Source: Ranitomeya imitator (taxonomy: Eukaryota). Taken from it: a stretch of 64,000 nucleotides of DNA. Positions 61,034-64,000 of this stretch are shown piece after piece. The stretch spans positions 1,103,662,001 through 1,103,726,000 of the forward strand of contig NC_091282.1 in the NCBI RefSeq assembly GCF_032444005.1, in the 5' to 3' direction. Each line of letters begins with the position of its first letter. Positions within the stretch are counted from its first letter, which is position 1. The notes under the pieces were generated by a model that saw only the letters and a list, made by a program, of their open reading frames with translations, was not told where the DNA came from and made no database searches. The translations under genes and the position numbers were made by a program.

Positions 61034-62533
61034 TTAGTGACTCTATAGCGACAGGGTCTGTTCCGCAGGACTGGCGCATAGCAAATGTGGTGCCAATATT
61101 CAAAAAGGGCTCTAAAAGTGAACCTGGAAATTATAGGCCAGTAAGTCTAACCTCTATTGTTGGTAAAATATTTGAAGGGTTTCTGAGGGATGTTATTCTG
61201 GATTATCTCAATGAGAATAACTGTTTAACTCCATATCAGCATGGGTTTATGAGAAATCGCTCCTGTCAAACCAATCTAATCAGTTTTTATGAAGAGGTAA
61301 GCTATAGACTGGACCACGGTGAGTCATTGGACGTGGTATATCTCGATTTTTCCAAAGCGTTTGATACCGTGCCGCACAAGAGGTTGGTACACAAAATGAG
61401 AATGCTTGGTCTGGGGGAAAATGTGTGTAAATGGGTTAGTAACTGGCTTAGTGATAGAAAGCAGAGGGTGGTTATAAATGGTATAGTCTCTAACTGGGTC
61501 GCTGTGACCAGTGGGGTACCGCAGGGGTCAGTATTGGGACCTGTTCTCTTCAACATATTCATTAATGATCTGGTAGAAGGTTTACACAGTAAAATATCGA
61601 TATTTGCAGATGATACAAAACTATGTAAAGCAGTTAATACAAGAGAAGATAGTATTCTGCTACAGATGGATCTGGATAAGTTGAAAACTTGGGCTGAAAG
61701 GTGGCAGATGAGGTTTAACAATGATAAATGTAAGGTTATACACATGGGAAGAAGGAATCAATGTCACCATTACACACTGAATGGGAAACCACTGGGTAAA
61801 TCTGACAGGGAGAAGGACTTGGGGATCCTAGTTAATGATAAACTTACCTGGAGCAGCCAGTGCCAGGCAGCAGCTGCCAAGGCAAACAGGATCATGGGGT
61901 GCATTAAAAGAGGTCTGGATACACATGATGAGAGCATTATACTGCCTCTGTACAAATCCCTAGTTAGACCGCACATGGAGTACTGTGTCCAGTTTTGGGC
62001 ACCGGTGCTCAGGAAGGATATAATGGAACTAGAGAGAGTACAAAGGAGGGCAACAAAATTAATAAAGGGGATGGGAGAACTACAATACCCAGATAGATTA
62101 GCGAAATTAGGATTATTTAGTCTAGAAAAAAGACGACTGAGGGGCGATCTAATAACCATGTATAAGTATATAAGGGGACAATACAAATATCTCGCTGAGG
62201 ATCTGTTTATACCAAGGAAGGTGACGGGCACAAGGGGGCATTCTTTGCGTCTGGAGGAGAGAAGGTTTTTCCACCAACATAGAAGAGGATTCTTTACTGT
62301 TAGGGCAGTGAGAATCTGGAATTGCTTGCCTGAGGAGGTGGTGATGGCGAACTCAGTCGAGGGGTTCAAGAGAGGCCTGGATGTCTTCCTGGAGCAGAAC
62401 AATATTGTATCATACAATTATTAGGTTCTGTAGAAGGACGTAGATCTGGGTATTTATTATGATGGAATATAGGCTGAACTGGATGGACAAATGTCTTTTT
62501 TCGGCCTTACTAACTATGTTACTATGTATGTAT
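61034..62533 (+). mobile_element. 5'-truncated CR1 LINE with uninterrupted RT C-terminal frame (to stop at 62424)
   Basis: [23 protein letters not shown]; TAACTATG-type tail; short ATT duplication; hAT frame rejoins across it. Confidence 0.93.
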
Positions 62534-62678
62534 ATTGACAGTAAAAGACACCAAAGCTCATCACACCAGTGAGTTTCTCCAGGTCTTGGTGGAAAAGGTT
62601 CTGCAAGACTATGAACTTAAAAAAGCGCAAGTTCTTTGTCATAACGGACAATGCTTCAAATATGATAAGGACTATTAA

Positions 62679-63641
62679 CCCCTTAGTGACGGAGCCTAAT
62701 TTTTAAAATCTGACCAGTGTCACTTTATGTGGTAATAACTCTGCAACGCTTCAACAAATCCCAGTGATTTTGAGATTGTTTTTTCATGACACATTATACT
62801 TTATGATAATGGTAAATCTAGGTCAATATGTTGTGTTTATTTATAAAAAAAATATCAAAAATTTGATAAAAATGTTAAAATATTTGCAATTTTCTAAATT
62901 TGAATGATTATCCCTTTAATCCAGATGGTCATACCACAGCAAACCATTAATAAATAACATTTCCCACATGTCGGCTTTACATCAGCACCATTTGTAAAAT
63001 GTTCTTTTATTTTGTTAGCTTTTTTAGGAGGTTTAAAAATGTTGCAGCAATTTTTCATTTTTTCCAAGAAATTTACAAAAAATTTTTTTTTTTTTTTTTT
63101 TTAGGGACTTATCCATGTTTGAAGTGACTTTAGGGGTCTCATATTGGGAAATCCCCAAACGCGATACCATTTTAAAAACCGCACACGCTGACATATTGAA
63201 AACTGCAATCAGGTAGTTTATTAACCCTTCAGGTGTTTTACAGGAATTAATGCAAAGTGGCAGGACAATAATGAAAAAGACATTTAGGTGGGAAAATGCA
63301 CAAACTTCTGAACAGAACTACAGCCATCAGACTAAGGCCGCTATTTGGTCATGAATTGCCATCGCAAACATCAGGACCACAAAATCATGATCTGAGGGCA
63401 CAGATTTGGATAAAGAGGAAGCCCCCACACTCTGCTAACCATTTATAATGATGTAGTCACTATTGACAGCAGCATCGAAGGGGTTAAACAGATTTTGAAG
63501 TTGCAAACACGGATCGTGGCTGATGCAGCAAGTTGTTAGCTATAGTGTACAACCGACAGCTGCTGGATTTTCACCTGTATGGAGAGGCTATTCTCTTATA
63601 TCTCAGGTCAGTTAAAAGACGTATTGGCTGTCATTAAGGGG
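62679..63641. mobile_element. piggyBac-like TTAA element inside the hAT transposase
   Basis: TTAA|CCCCTTAGTGAC ... GTCATTAAGGGG|TTAA; host reads RTI|KLM across the site. Confidence 0.85.
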
Positions 63642-64000
63642 TTAAGCTAATGAGAGTAATGATGGTGACCAGCAGAAGAACATTCTGGGTCCACAGACAC
63701 AGAAATGTTTGAAATAGAGGAACACAGTATTGTAACTGAGGAGCAAACTGAAGTTGCTTCAGATGAACAGCAACATGATAGTTTAGATGATCTTGTTGAA
63801 ACTGTCAATACGTTCTTTCATTCATCACATGCGCTGTGTTGTGCATACGCTACAGCTGGCTATAAGACAGTCTGCAAGAAGGACAGGCTGCTGCACGGAT
63901 TGGCAACAGTAGCCAATTTTCTCACCTTGCCAGAGCCCCTAAAGTTGACTCAATTTTGAAGAGACGTGCTGGAAAAGGGGCAATTATTGATCATGCCACA

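Larger units (their letters stand above)
59407..64000 (+). mobile_element. hAT DNA transposon with decayed BED-finger transposase, split by three insertions; runs off the window
   Basis: CAGGGCTGTTGAGTCG terminus; BED finger YVCQC...NLKRHLQRFH; LKMDACT; TDNASNM; HMRCVVHTLQL; ends at IDHAT. Confidence 0.88.

Noticed and set aside
61770-62417. 215-aa minus-strand ORF (also 61302..61745 and 24590..24853)
   Set aside because: Antisense shadows of the CR1 RT frame.
59019-64000. ACSL1 start-codon exon
   Set aside because: The region is accounted for by Tc1, hAT, CR1 and MITE sequence; no N-terminal ACSL1 peptide was found.

Overview
Repeat-dense vertebrate genomic DNA, inferred from its repeat families to be anuran (frog). 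It carries most of a long-chain acyl-CoA synthetase gene, ACSL1, on the minus strand. I mapped 19 coding exons by hand (59018 down to 15450), all with GT-AG boundaries and consistent phases. The start-codon exon (>64000) and the last exon (<1) appear to lie outside the window. Two of the exons are the tandem 78-nt F-gate/Y-gate pair, separated by only 58 nt and so predicted to be mutually exclusive. The introns are filled with nested transposons: a young L1 with an intact 1276-aa ORF2, two DIRS tyrosine-recombinase retroelements, two CR1 LINEs, Tc1 and hAT remnants, a Sola2-like element, and many Harbinger, hAT, piggyBac-like and T2/Kolobok-like MITEs. Two Penelope-type palindromic insertions are also present; one holds a minimal type I hammerhead ribozyme (31944-31986) and the other a decayed hammerhead-like motif. 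There are two assembly gaps. No prokaryotic features, CRISPR arrays, tRNA or rRNA genes were seen. All family assignments come from motif recognition, not database searches.
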